Source: Camelus dromedarius (lineage: Eukaryota). From it: 64,000 nt of DNA. A model generated the notes under the pieces. That model was not told the origin of the DNA, made no database searches, and saw only the letters and a list, made by a program, of their open reading frames with translations. The position numbers were made by a program, and so were the translations under genes. Positions within the stretch are counted from its first letter, which is position 1. Each line of letters starts with the position of its first letter. Positions 52,691 through 64,000 of the stretch are shown here, piece after piece. The stretch is from contig NC_087436.1 in NCBI RefSeq assembly GCF_036321535.1, positions 29,080,001 to 29,144,000 on the forward strand, written 5' to 3'.

Positions 52691-53524
52691 CAGATACCTT
52701 TTTATTCACAGGGGATACATTCCAAGACCCCCAATGGATGCCTTAAACCTGAGGACAGTAACAAATCCTATATATACTGTTTTTTCATATATATATACAC
52801 ATACATACACACCTCTGGTAATGTTTAATTTAAAAATTAATCACAGTAAGAGATTAACAACCATAACTACTAATAAAGTAGAACAGTTATAACAATATAC
52901 TATAATAAAAGTTATGTGAATGTGATATTTCTCTCACAATATCTTGTACAAATTTAACACCTTTTCCATCTTAACTAACTACTTATCACTCAACTGTGCC
53001 CCTAACTTTGTAGTTTGAGGTGTGACACAAAAACCAGTGTGGATTGCTTTTTCCTCCACAATTTTAAGGATGGTAGATTCATTCTTTCCATAGATCTCAG
53101 CAACCTTAGCATCCTTTTTTTTTTCTTTCCTTATTAAGTCAGAAACTTTCACCTTTTCACTTAAAGGAAGCAGTTTACAGCTTCTCTTTGGCGTATCCAA
53201 ATTGCCAGCCAGCATCACCACTCCTGTGCTGGGGCCATTATTAAGTAAAATAAGGGTTACTTGAACACAGGCACTGCAATATGGGGACAGTCCATTTGAT
53301 AACCGAGTTGGGTACCAAGTGACTAAAGGGTGTGATATGCTGGATAAAGGGATGATTCACGACCTGGGTGGATGGAGAAGGACAGAGTGAGATTTCATCA
53401 CTTTCCTCAGAACAGTGCTCAATTTAGAAATTATGAATTATTTATTTCTGGAATTTTCATTTAGCATTTTCAGTCCGTGGTTGATGGGGAAAGTGAAACT
53501 AAGGGTGAGGTGGGACTAACTGTA
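52691..53524 (-). mobile_element. Tigger7-derived MER44-family element (TcMar-Tigger) retaining the transposase N-terminus
   Basis: Minus-strand ORF PKRSCKLLPLSEKVKVSDLIRKEKK..AKVAEIYGKNESTI is a CENP-B-type N-terminal HTH of Tigger transposase. TIR-like end GGGACTAACTG followed by TA; GGGGATACATTCCAAGACCCCCA at the other end. Confidence 0.88.
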
Positions 53525-55260
53525 ATGCAAAAAAATGCTTTGAAACAATTAATCAGAGCATTTTCATAGAAAATGACTAGAGAAGAGTTTAGATTATAAT
53601 GGGTGAATTATGTAATTTGTGAGCTAAATGGCACAGAAGAGCCAATGAAGTGAGCATCTTAAAGAAAGTAGAAAGCCCTGAAGCTGACTGTTGTGCCAGC
53701 AGATTAGACAGAGAGCCGAGGAGCTGAATGCAGGGAGCTGGGGGGGAGTACAGGTTGAGAGGTGTTCCAGGACCACTTCATTTAGTCCTCTGCAGGCTAT
53801 CTAAAGAAATTTAGCTTTGATTCCAATTACAGTGGATTGTTTCAAGCAGGCAAGTATCCAGATCTAGTTTCTGATGGAAAAAAAATCATTCACTCTTATG
53901 TGAAAAACACTGTAGGGAAGACAGTGTGGAAGCAGAGAGACAAGTAGTTTGCTCTGCTTCTGGCTAGAAATGATAAGAGCTTAAAATGGAGCAGTATCAA
54001 TGGCCTTCTTCTCAGTCAAAGAAAGATTATGCTTGAAAAAATATTGAACAAATAGAATTCATAGGAATTGTCTACAGACTATATATATATATATATATAT
54101 AGTCCATACAGAATATAGAAGAGTCCATACAATTCACTGGTTTTGGCTTGAATGACAGTGAAATACAGTGATTTAACTGTGATAGAGAAGACATGAGGAG
54201 GAAGTTTGGATTTCTTTGAGAAGGTGGAGGAGTAGAGATGATCGAATCACTTTTGAAATTGGATGGTTCATATTACCTATTGGACGTCTAAGACATCCCT
54301 TGGTCATTTGAATGTGGAGAAGCAACCTGCCTTGGTAGAAAAACATGTTATTTGTAGTCAGACTAAGATTTCAGTCATGGCTTTGCAGTTTACAAGCTGT
54401 GAAAACTTAAGCAACTTAAATGATCTGATCCTCAACATTTTTTTCCCATTAAAGCAAATTATTAATACTGAAATATTAAGTTGATTTGAGAATTATTCAT
54501 TATAGTAGTACTTTACCATTTGTTGACATTTGAAAGTTGTTTTTATCCTGGTCATTATTATCTGTGATCTGTACAGTGGGTGAAAAAATTATAAAGTCAT
54601 TTGGGGAGATTTGGCATATAGTTTTCCTTTTTAAAAAATTCTATAGAGTTGAGTAAGATGTAATATAAAAATTAAGGGAGAAATTATAGGATGGACAGAT
54701 ATCTGATTTCCTTATCTGATTATAAGGAAAGACAGATATCCAAAAGGGCAAATGAATGGTGTTGGTAAAGTTGATGCTGAATAGGAAAGAAATCTTGTTG
54801 AAGGAGATGTTGGAAAAGAAACCAGGAAGGATGGGAAACGAGAAGAGGGAGTTTGAGAAGGAAACTGCAGTCAGTGGTTGCAGAGAAGGTAAGAAAGGAG
54901 TAGGAAGGTGTCAGTGTCCTTACTGACAAGAGTTGTTGCACTGGTTACAGAAACCTTGGAGGAGGAGGAGGGACATTTCTCCATTCAGAGAGCTGTAAAA
55001 CTATGATAATACAAGCATATTTAGTTCAACTTGTTATTTGTAGAGGCAGAATTGAAATAAATATTTCCTTAGGTCAGACACAAAATCATGTACTTGGAAT
55101 GGGGGTGAAAGCGTTTGTATAGGCTATTTGATAAAAGAGATGACGGTTGGAATGACTACTGAGGGTAACGATGTCTCTAAAATCACGTGCTAACAAGAGC
55201 AGTAAAAATCCTAAAGGACTGTTGTGGAACATTTGTTTACATTAAAAAAAAATCTGGCAT
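53525..55260 (-). mobile_element. Degraded LINE-2 (continues the L2 from ~52540), with a MIR at ~54320-54560
   Basis: Purine-rich L2-like motifs (GAATTTAGCTTTGATTCC; TTTCAAGCAGG; GGTTTTGGCTTGAATGAC). Confidence 0.5.
54077..54104. repeat. (AT)n microsatellite forming a 28-bp perfect palindrome GACT(AT)10AGTC
   Basis: Read directly from the sequence. Confidence 0.9.
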
Positions 55261-57049
55261 GGGATTCTTAAGTCATTATCAGTAAGAATATGACACTAAG
55301 TTACATTAAAATTAAATGTAATTCAGTATCTTCTGTCTGCAGTAAATTGTGGTTCACACATTTTTGCTAAAAATGACCTACTCAAAAAGAAAGACTATTT
55401 TTATACATTTCTGATCCAGAAGGCATGCTGTCTTATTAATTAGTGTACAAGGAATTGTTAGGTTAGATGATTACGTTCAATTAAGTATAATGAATGTAAT
55501 TAATGTAGTTGCTGTTTTAGGTTCTTGAGTTAATAGTGCCATTAAATGCTGCTGTTTCTGTTGTGGTACTGATTATTGTTATAATAAAATAGCAAACTTT
55601 GAAATGATAGGAAAGCTAAGTTTGACTACTCTTTTGTAACATGTTTATATCTAGTTATACATGTATTTTTGGTTGTTATTTAAATAACAGATCATAACTT
55701 AAATACATTATAAAATAAGAGCTTTTAAGTCAATACATTAACCACTTTAAAACATTTCTTTTTTTAATCCACTTAAAAAGAGTAGCTTTCAAATTGAAAT
55801 ATGGGTATCAAATCATAATTAGAAGATAAGTATACATGCCTTTTAATTATCTGAAATAAAACATGCATTTAATTCCTCTGCAGATTTGCTAAGCATCTTC
55901 AACATGCCAAGTATTTTAAATAGGGTAATTTTTCCTTATTAAATGCTTTAATGTTTTACTTTTGTGTAAAAATAATTTCCATAATATTGGCCATCAATAA
56001 CAATACACAATAAAATTTTAATAATAACTGTAATTTGTTTTCCCATCTACTTGTTCCATAGGCAATATTAATGACTATTTAAATAGTGATAAATGAAAAT
56101 CCTTCTTGTAGCTTGAAGCAGTGCTGTAAAAAGCACATTATCTGTATTTCTTGGATTATTTATAGTGTAAAGAGTATAATTAAATAAAATGTTTTTAACA
56201 TAAGTTAGAAGTCTATAATTGATTCAAGCTATAGTTGTATTATATTTCATTGGAGAAATGTGGAGGAATTCTTATTAAAATTTATTTTTATTCATGTTCT
56301 CATTTTAGATAAGAATATGCATAATTCCATATATTTTATTTTCTGTCATTTTAGCTACATAAGTCATGCCACTTGGCTTCTGTATGTGAGTTCCTATTTG
56401 TAAATGTTTTGAAAAAATAAGAATAATATAAATACTTAGTTTTAAAAATCATTTTACACCATTTTTCTAGCAGTAAACATTTGTAGTTATACTTAATAAT
56501 GCCTTTTTCTTGATGTTTGAAGTCTGTAAGTGGTATTTTAGCATCCTGTTTCACCATTTACTTTCTATATAATGGAGATGACTCTCCTGTATGTTGGGTG
56601 TTGAGAATGGATCTGGAGTTGTCTTTATTCGACCACACAAGCCTTTCTCTATTGGGGAAAAGATGCTCTTTCTGTTAGCTTATTATTTTTTTCCAGGAAA
56701 CATAGAGTCTAAGTATGGGTCAGATATCTTAATTCAAAAGACTTTTGGTGCAATATTTTTAAAAGGCACTCTATTTAGAATCAGTTGACTTCATTGATAT
56801 TTAGAATCCAGTTCTATCTTAATTCTTTACCTCTGAAAAACACATCTCAGTATCCTTCATATAAAACAAAAAGGTCAGACCACTTTTAAATGCTATACTA
56901 AATTGAAATGACCAGTTCCTTGAATTTACTTGTAAATTATACAAGTAATATACATACATACATATATCTGTATATTTGTTATATTTATATATATATAGGA
57001 AACAAGGTACATACACATACATATACACCCATCAAGACCTTTTTTCTTT

Positions 57050-58080
57050 TGGTGGGTGAAAAATTAAAATTATTGATTTGATTTTTTATGATTTAATGCT
57101 TTTCAGATTTTTATTTTTTTTCTTGAGTCACTTTTAGAAATCTATAGTTTATCAGAAATTTTTCTGTTTAAAATTTCAACAGATTTTTATAGTTTTTTCC
57201 ATCTTTTTAGTGTCTGCAATATCTATAGCTATATTTATATTTTAATTTTTGACACTGTGTATTTCTGTGTTCTCTTTAGGCTCTTCATTGTTATTGTCAG
57301 AGATTTGTCAAATTCATTATTTTTTAATATGGTTCAACTTTTTGTCTTGCTGAATCTCTTTAGTATATTATCTTATTTTTAAAATATTTTATTTTATTCT
57401 TTATCTCATTAAGTAGCATTCTTATGTTCATTCTATTCTTCTTTGTGCTTTGTTTGCATTTCTTCTAATTTGTTTTCTTTCTAATTTTCTAACTGTAAAT
57501 TTTATGTATTTTATATAAGCATATTATATAAATTTCCTTCTATCTCTAAATTTAGGTGCATTCCTCAAGTTTTTGTAGATATTATCAGCACTTTTGATTT
57601 CTTCTTTGGCCAGTGGATGGAAATTCATTGATTCTCTCTAATGTATTATGTACTATATAGTACAGCTGTATTTTCTATTTGGGTATATGAAAAAAGTACA
57701 CAAACACACATTGAATAAAGTGTGCTAATTGTTTTCTTAAAATCTTCCATATATTACAGATTGATAATGTACAGATATTACATCTTCTTGGTATATTTAA
57801 TGCCTATAATTGGATGATTTTAACATAATCTTACACTTCGTGAGGTTGTCTATTTTTAAATTTTGATTTGTTAATTTTTCTTCTTTTTGTTTAAATTGAT
57901 TATTATTAGATTCTATGTTATTAGTTTACAAATGTAGAATTGTTATGTCCTCCTGTGAAACTGAGCCTTCTATGACTATGTAACTTCTTTATTTTGACTA
58001 TTATAAATATGTATCAGTTTTAATTTAATTCATATTATCCTTCATAGTTTTTTCATTCCTACCCATATCTGTTTCTATAC
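57050..58080 (-). mobile_element. Very old L1 (L1ME-like) remnant
   Basis: T-rich with L1 ORF2-like motifs (TTTTTAGTGTCTGCAATATCTATAG; GTCAGAGATTTGTCAA; TAGAATTGTTATGTCCTCCTG). Confidence 0.55.
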
Positions 58081-58184
58081 ACATATATATACAGGTTATC
58101 TGTATATTTATTATATTTTTATATATATAGGAAACAAGGTCCATACACTTATATATATAAACTTACAGAGACATACATACATAT

Positions 58185-60050
58185 GGGTATTTTATTGATG
58201 TATAATTTCATACATGAAATGAACTCTTAAATTTACAGTTTGATAATTACATGTGAATTTTTACATATATGTAGTATGTATCAACCAACCACATAAAGAC
58301 AGAAAATTTATTTTATTGCATAATGCTATAACATGTATCAGTAATTTGGCCTCTTTTTTTTATTACTGCTTTGGAGGAATATAACCCAATAGTTTTGTTT
58401 TGTTTTGTTTTGTTTTTCTTTTCTTTCCATTTTCCACATTGTGGGCATTTGTGGTGTTCATAGACTTGGGCTACAATGAATAACATGATTCTAAACCTTG
58501 TTTTACAAGTATTTTAACTATTTTATGTAACTTCCTTTCTTTAGAAGTAGAATTGCTGGATCATGGTGTATATGTATTTTTAACTTTAGTAACAACTTCT
58601 GAAAAACTTCAAATGTGTATGTGTGTGCTTAACAAATTTAAAAAAAATTATATACAATAAACTTCATGTTTAGTATGTATAATTTAATGATTTGACATAT
58701 GTATACTCCATGAAGCCATAACCACAGTCAAGAGAATAGACATATCTATCATATTTTCTCCCTGCAAAAATATTTTTTCTTGTCCCTTTGCAATCTCATC
58801 CCCTGACACCCTTGCCCCACCCCATCACACTTCATTATACAAAAGATTTTATCTTTAAGAAATTTTATGTAAATAGAGTAATACAATATGTAATTTTTAA
58901 TCTTGTTTCTTTTACTCAGTATAATTATTTTGAGATCCATCCATGTCCATGCATGTATCCATAGTTAATTTTTTGCATTATTGAGTAACATTTTGTTACA
59001 AGGAAGTACAATTTGTATCCATTTAACTGTTGATGGGCATTTAGGTTGTTTCTAGTTTTTGGCTATTGCGTATAAGGTTGTTATGTTTATTCATATGCAA
59101 GTATTTGTGCAGATTTATGCTTTAATTTCCCCTAGGTAAATAGATGATAGTGAAATGACTGTGTTATATTTCTTAAGAAATGAAAAACATTGCTTTCCAA
59201 AGTGAATGTTCTATTTTAAATTTCTAACAATATTTGAGAGTTCTAGTTGCACCACATTCTTGATAAAACTTGGTGTGATCAGACTTTTTAACTTTAGACA
59301 TTCTAATTGTTATATAATAGTATTTCATTGTGATTTTAATTTGCATTTCTCTAATGAATAACGCCAGTGTGGTTTCAGTATTTTAGTAGTTTATGGCTTT
59401 AGTATTTATTTTAGAATTTTATACCAGGAATGTATGACACTTATATTTGGAGTGGTAAATAGTTTTGATTTTCCTATTTAGGTGAGTGTCTGGTTGTTTT
59501 TGACTGTGATTTAATTTGCATTTTCCTGAGGAGTAATGATGTTTAACTTTTCATAAGCTTATAATTGATTTGAATATTCTACTTTAGGGGAGAATTTTCA
59601 AATCTTTTGCTCATTTTTAATTGGTTTTTTACATTTCTTATTAGTACAATTTATATATTCTGAATATGAAATCCTTGGCAGGTATTTGAATTGCAGCTAT
59701 TTTCTTTCACTCTGTGGCTCACCTTTTTAATGTGTTAGTAGTGTTCTTAATAAGCAGATTTTTAATACTTTTGATAAAGTCATTTATTTTTTTCCTGGTT
59801 ATACTTTTCATGTCCTATTTAATAAATCTTTGCCTAACACAATGTCATAAATATACTTTGAAATGTTTCCTTCTAGAATCATTATAGTTTAACTTTATAT
59901 TTAGGTTTATGATTCATTTGAAGTAATTTTAGAATATTGTGAAATAAGAGTCAGGTTAATGTATTTCATCCTAGATTTCCAGTTGCTGCTGCACCGTTTT
60001 TTGAATATTGGATTGCTTTGATGCCTTTATCCAGTGGCAATAGAAGTGAA
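58185..60050 (-). mobile_element. Nested L1 3' ends (L1MB/L1MC-like inside an older L1)
   Basis: Two L1 3'UTR starts (~58190, ~58640); TTTTACTCAGTATAATTATTTTGAGATCCATCCATG...TGTTGATGGGCATTTAGGTTGTTTCTAGTTTTTGGCTATT. Confidence 0.8.
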
Positions 60051-60084
60051 GGTCTACTTCTGTGCTCAATTACTTAATTATTTC

Positions 60085-60175
60085 CTTAGAGGCTCCTATC
60101 TCCAAATATAGTCACAGTGAGATTTGGGGATTCAACATTGAATTTGGGAGGGGCATAAACACTCAGTCCATAATG
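60085..60175 (-). mobile_element. MLT1 LTR terminal fragment
   Basis: CCTATCTCCAAATATAGTCACAGTGAG...TTCAACATTGAATTTGGGAGGGGCATAAACACTCAGTCCATAA. Confidence 0.7.
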
Positions 60176-62740
60176 CTTGAGTTTTTAGCTCCCTTTAATG
60201 TTGCATACTGAAAAGCCCAAGTGAAATAACTTAGAGAGTCTCAAAACCTGTATCATGCCTGACCTGATCCCCATGCACAGAATGAAGTATCCACCTCTTT
60301 GAGGAAAGCAGCCTTTGATATCTGCAAAATGAGGAATGCTCTTCCTTCTATGAATTTAGTGTGTTTAGACATTCACAGTTCACAAGTTCACACTGATAGC
60401 TTCATTCATATATGTATATAGGAATCGATAATATTAAAATCATGTATGTTAATATATAATATGTTAATTATATTATAATATAATAAAACATCATTCATAA
60501 GTTAAAATCACATATGTGAATATATAATATATTAGTGCCATAGACCTTGGATGTTCTTTTTTTTCTATTAATCTCACTCTATATTATGTATTTTTCATAA
60601 AGTTATTTCTCTGCTGCATTGTGTATACTTCCTTTATTCCCACTTTTAATTTTATTAATTCCTGTTTTAGCTCTTTATCTAATGTTTAACATCACCATTA
60701 CTTAAAAATTTGTCTGTGTACATATGTGTTTGTGCACTGTTTCTAAAATTTCCATTTCATTAAATATCAAGGGTTCCTAACCATTTATAATAGTTTAGAG
60801 TTCTCAATTTATACTTTGCTTTCCTTACTTTATTTCTTTAAACATAGAAATATAATAGTTTTGCATTTTAAACAACATATTTAAGTTTGGAGTTACCTCT
60901 GGGGTTGGTTCTGTTGTCAGTTATTACAGATGACTCTTACTCATGGGAGGTTTTTTCTTACGTGTTTTGTAATTTTGGATTGTGAGTTCATCATTCTTGT
61001 CATTCTATCTGTGGTAATTGAATTGCATGGCTTTTCTTCCAGAAGAAATTGTACTTGATCTTATCAGGTTCCTAGGAGCACTGCAAGCCCAGTTCCTCTT
61101 AAATTTTAAAATCTTGAATTAGCACCATAAATTTGGACTCAAATCTTTTACTGAACCATTGTTAAAGTGCCAATTACATGTCAAAAGAGATTAATTATTT
61201 ATTTAACATAATCAAATAACAAAGCAGGGTTAGAATTTTCTTTATGTTCTGCTTTTCTTTGTTACAGTTTTCTTTCTTTCTTACCTTTTCCCACACATTT
61301 ATTTTATCCTAAGATTAGCTTTGTGTGCACTTTTCTCCAATCCATCTCTCTACCTTTTACAAGTTTGTGCTTTTTATATGAAAGAGATCTAATACCTGGG
61401 TTTTTTCTTTTCTGTGGTGGCATCTGGCAACTTCATTGCTTAGTAATTTCTAGAACCACATTCCATTATGTTTCCTGGCCTCTGTTAATTTTCTTTAGAC
61501 CTATAAATCTGAAAGCATATTAAATTATTTTACCCAGCATTTTATGTTTTCCATAATCAGGTTTTCACATCAGATATCATCTGAATAAATAGTGTTGAGG
61601 CTATAAAATTTTTAGTACCACTGGAATATATAATTTTAATGTTCTTTCTAATTCCCTACAATTTATGATGGTTTCACTTTTTGTAACTAGTCATTAATAT
61701 ATATTTAATTGCTTACGGTATAAAATAAATACTTTAGGAATTCAAGTATACATAAATAGCAAAACAAAGACCAGGTCCATACAAGGCAGCCTAAGTTATT
61801 AATGTGTGGATTCATTCACTATAAATGTTTGCTTCCCTTATTTTTACCCACTTTACCCATAAAAACCATTATGAATTTTTCTTACTCTGGCAGAATGCCT
61901 TATAATTTTGGCTCTATGATACAAAGTAATTCTCAAATAGGGTAATAACTCCTTAACTTCATGCCTGAACTATAAACATGAAAAGTATTATAGTCTGTTG
62001 AGTCTTGATAGTAACATTCATTTTTTTACTTGGTTAATGTGCAAATTTAAATATTTTCTAAAAAAGTAACAACATGATGTATTGAAAATTTTAAGGCATT
62101 ATGTGAACTTTAGTAAAAAGGCTACCAAACAGTCAATGTATTAATTTAGATGATCTTAATTATTGATTCTTTCAAACCCAGTTAAATTGTGTACAATATT
62201 TAGTTATATTTTATGATGGCTTTGTAATATTACATTTTTATATATTGTTCAAAGAATATCAATATTCATACATGAAGAAATTGTACAGCCAAGTCAGAAC
62301 AGTATATATGATGCCAAGACCTCCACCAGTTGTTTTTTCAGTATCTCATTTTCTCTTCTCTTTGTCCTACTCCTTTCTTCCTTTTCCATCTCTCTCTGTC
62401 ATTTTTTGTTTTTCTTTTCGTCTGTTGCCTTTGCCTCTTAGTATTATCTCTCATTACCTAATGCCTGGTCCACTTGGCAAACTTTTTCTGAACTGCTGGG
62501 ATGTGTCTTGCACCATTGCAAATCACTGCAGAATAGAGGCCAGCAGCACTTCAAGGTAACATATTTTAAAATAGTTTAATATTATAAGCCTACCCATATC
62601 TCCATAAAAATTACATACTTCTGACCCTAACTTTGAAAACTCACCCATCTTGAATTTAAGAATTATATTCCAAACAATTTTATTCTTTGTTTCTTCTATC
62701 CAAGTCCTATTTCCATAGTGGTACTTTATATTATTTTTGG

Positions 62741-63109
62741 TGTTGTGGTTTAAATGTTTTGTGTCCTCCCCAAATTCATGTTCAAAACCCATTACCCAAA
62801 GTAATATTAGGAGGTGGGGCCTTTGGAAGGTGATTGGGTCATAAGGGTGGAGCCTCCATGATTGAGATTAATGCCTGCCCTTACAAAAGGGACCACACAG
62901 AGGTTTTCTAATCCCTTTTGTCATGTGAGGACACAGCAAAAAAATTGCTGACTCTGAATATGAAAACAGGCTCTCTCACCAGACACTGTATCTGCCAGCA
63001 TTTTGATCTTGGACCTCCCAGCCTCCAGAACTGTGAGAAATCAATTTTTGTTGTTTATAGGTCACCCAATCTGTAGTATTTTGTTATAGCAGCCCAATGG
63101 ACACGGACA
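62741..63109 (+). mobile_element. MLT1A0-like MaLR solo LTR
   Basis: TGTTGTGGTTTAAATGTTTTGTGTCCTCCCCAAATTCATG...GGAGGTGGGGCCTTTGGAAGGTGATT...TTGATCTTGGACCTCCCAGCCTCCAGAACTGTGAGAAAT...TTGTTATAGCAGCCCAATGGACACGGACA. Confidence 0.9.
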
Positions 63110-63224
63110 ATCAGATGCAATTGTTTAATGCTTTCCCTAAATTCTATTCTGTATCCTGGCCACAGTGGGTACAAATATTTGCCTATGCTAATATAAAAAC
63201 ATGAAACCAATTATTTACTTTAAA

Positions 63225-63640
63225 CTAATATTTGAATAGCACTTTATAATTTATAAAACAATTTCATGTATATCATTTAACTTCTTGTGGGAGATAGAAT
63301 TATCTGCACTCATGGATGGAGAGACTGACAATCAAAAAGGTTAAATGATTTACCTAAGAAAATAAAACAGGAAACTTCAAAGTTTATTGGATCTGTATTT
63401 ACCTAGAGCAGTTCCCGGCCTTACTTTAGATTATTAATAAATGCTTGCTGCATGAATAAAATAGTAAGAGAGAGGTAGGCTTATATCAAAACTCTTTTCG
63501 CTTTCTAGCTATGTGATTCTGCACAATTTCCTTGAGCATTCTGAACTGCAGTTAAATTGTTTGGAAATATTAGTTTCTTTTTAAAAGAATTCCTATGATC
63601 ACAAAGTATCATATATGACATAATTAACAATATGTCAATT
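63225..63640. mobile_element. MIR / L2-tail / MIR fragments
   Basis: GATGGAGAGACTGAC...AGGTTAAATGATTTACCTAAG; AATAAATGCTTGCTGCATGAATAAA; CTAGCTATGTGATTCTGCACAATT. Confidence 0.5.
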
Positions 63641-64000
63641 AACTTAGCTTTCTTCCTCTTTCATCTAGAGTCATAGTTAGTTTTTGGTGTTCCAAGATAT
63701 ACAGAGATCTGCAGAATTCTTTATTCTATAAAGGTATTTTTCTACTCTACTGCATTCTTCTTTTTTTCCCATCTCTGCAAATTTTATTACTTATCACCTT
63801 CAAAGTCAAGACAAAATGTGGAATCTTTGGTGGTAAAATGGAGGTACATTTACATTTATGCAGACTGTACATATTTATTAATTATAATATCCATTTCCAT
63901 AAAATGGCTATGACAAATTAAGTCTAAAGCTTAGTGCTTTAATTAAATTTAAAAGTTAAAATTCATTTAAAAAATATTGGCCTATTTAGTAACCATATAA

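Noticed and set aside
59461..59490. Recursive-splice-like motif TTTTCCTATTTAG|GTGAGT
   Set aside because: It lies in degenerate antisense L1 3'UTR sequence and is probably a chance match. A weaker example at 34141-34162 has a poor donor.
1105..62792. The supplied 60-145 aa ORFs as genes
   Set aside because: They are short, often start at non-ATG codons, are F/L/I/K-biased as expected from AT-rich DNA, and mostly overlap repeats. None resembles a cellular protein I recognise.
1..64000. CRISPR arrays, operons or other prokaryotic systems
   Set aside because: The sequence is mammalian; there are no regularly spaced repeats or gene-dense segments.

Overview
AT-rich mammalian (eutherian) genomic DNA, almost certainly camelid, because it carries a tRNA-Ala-derived Vic-1-type SINE. 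I see no convincing intact protein-coding ORF: the supplied ORFs are short, low-complexity or transposon-derived. Much of the window is decayed repeats (L1, HAL1, L2, MIR, MLT1/MaLR LTRs, a MER21-like LTR, Charlie1, MER3/33, MER5, a Tigger7/MER44 derivative) plus three younger ERV solo LTRs. Family names come from remembered consensus similarity and old-repeat boundaries are approximate. The L1s lie on the minus strand, which suggests a large intron of a plus-strand gene that I cannot identify. The most notable structures are: two same-family solo LTRs inserted tail-to-tail 243 bp apart, forming a ~480-bp inverted repeat (41640-42854); a 70-bp near-perfect palindrome of pre-miRNA size (20656-20725); small candidate plus-strand exons (13022-13064, 47235-47275); and a 52-bp duplication 1.1 kb apart. 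I do not see evidence for a novel multi-gene system.
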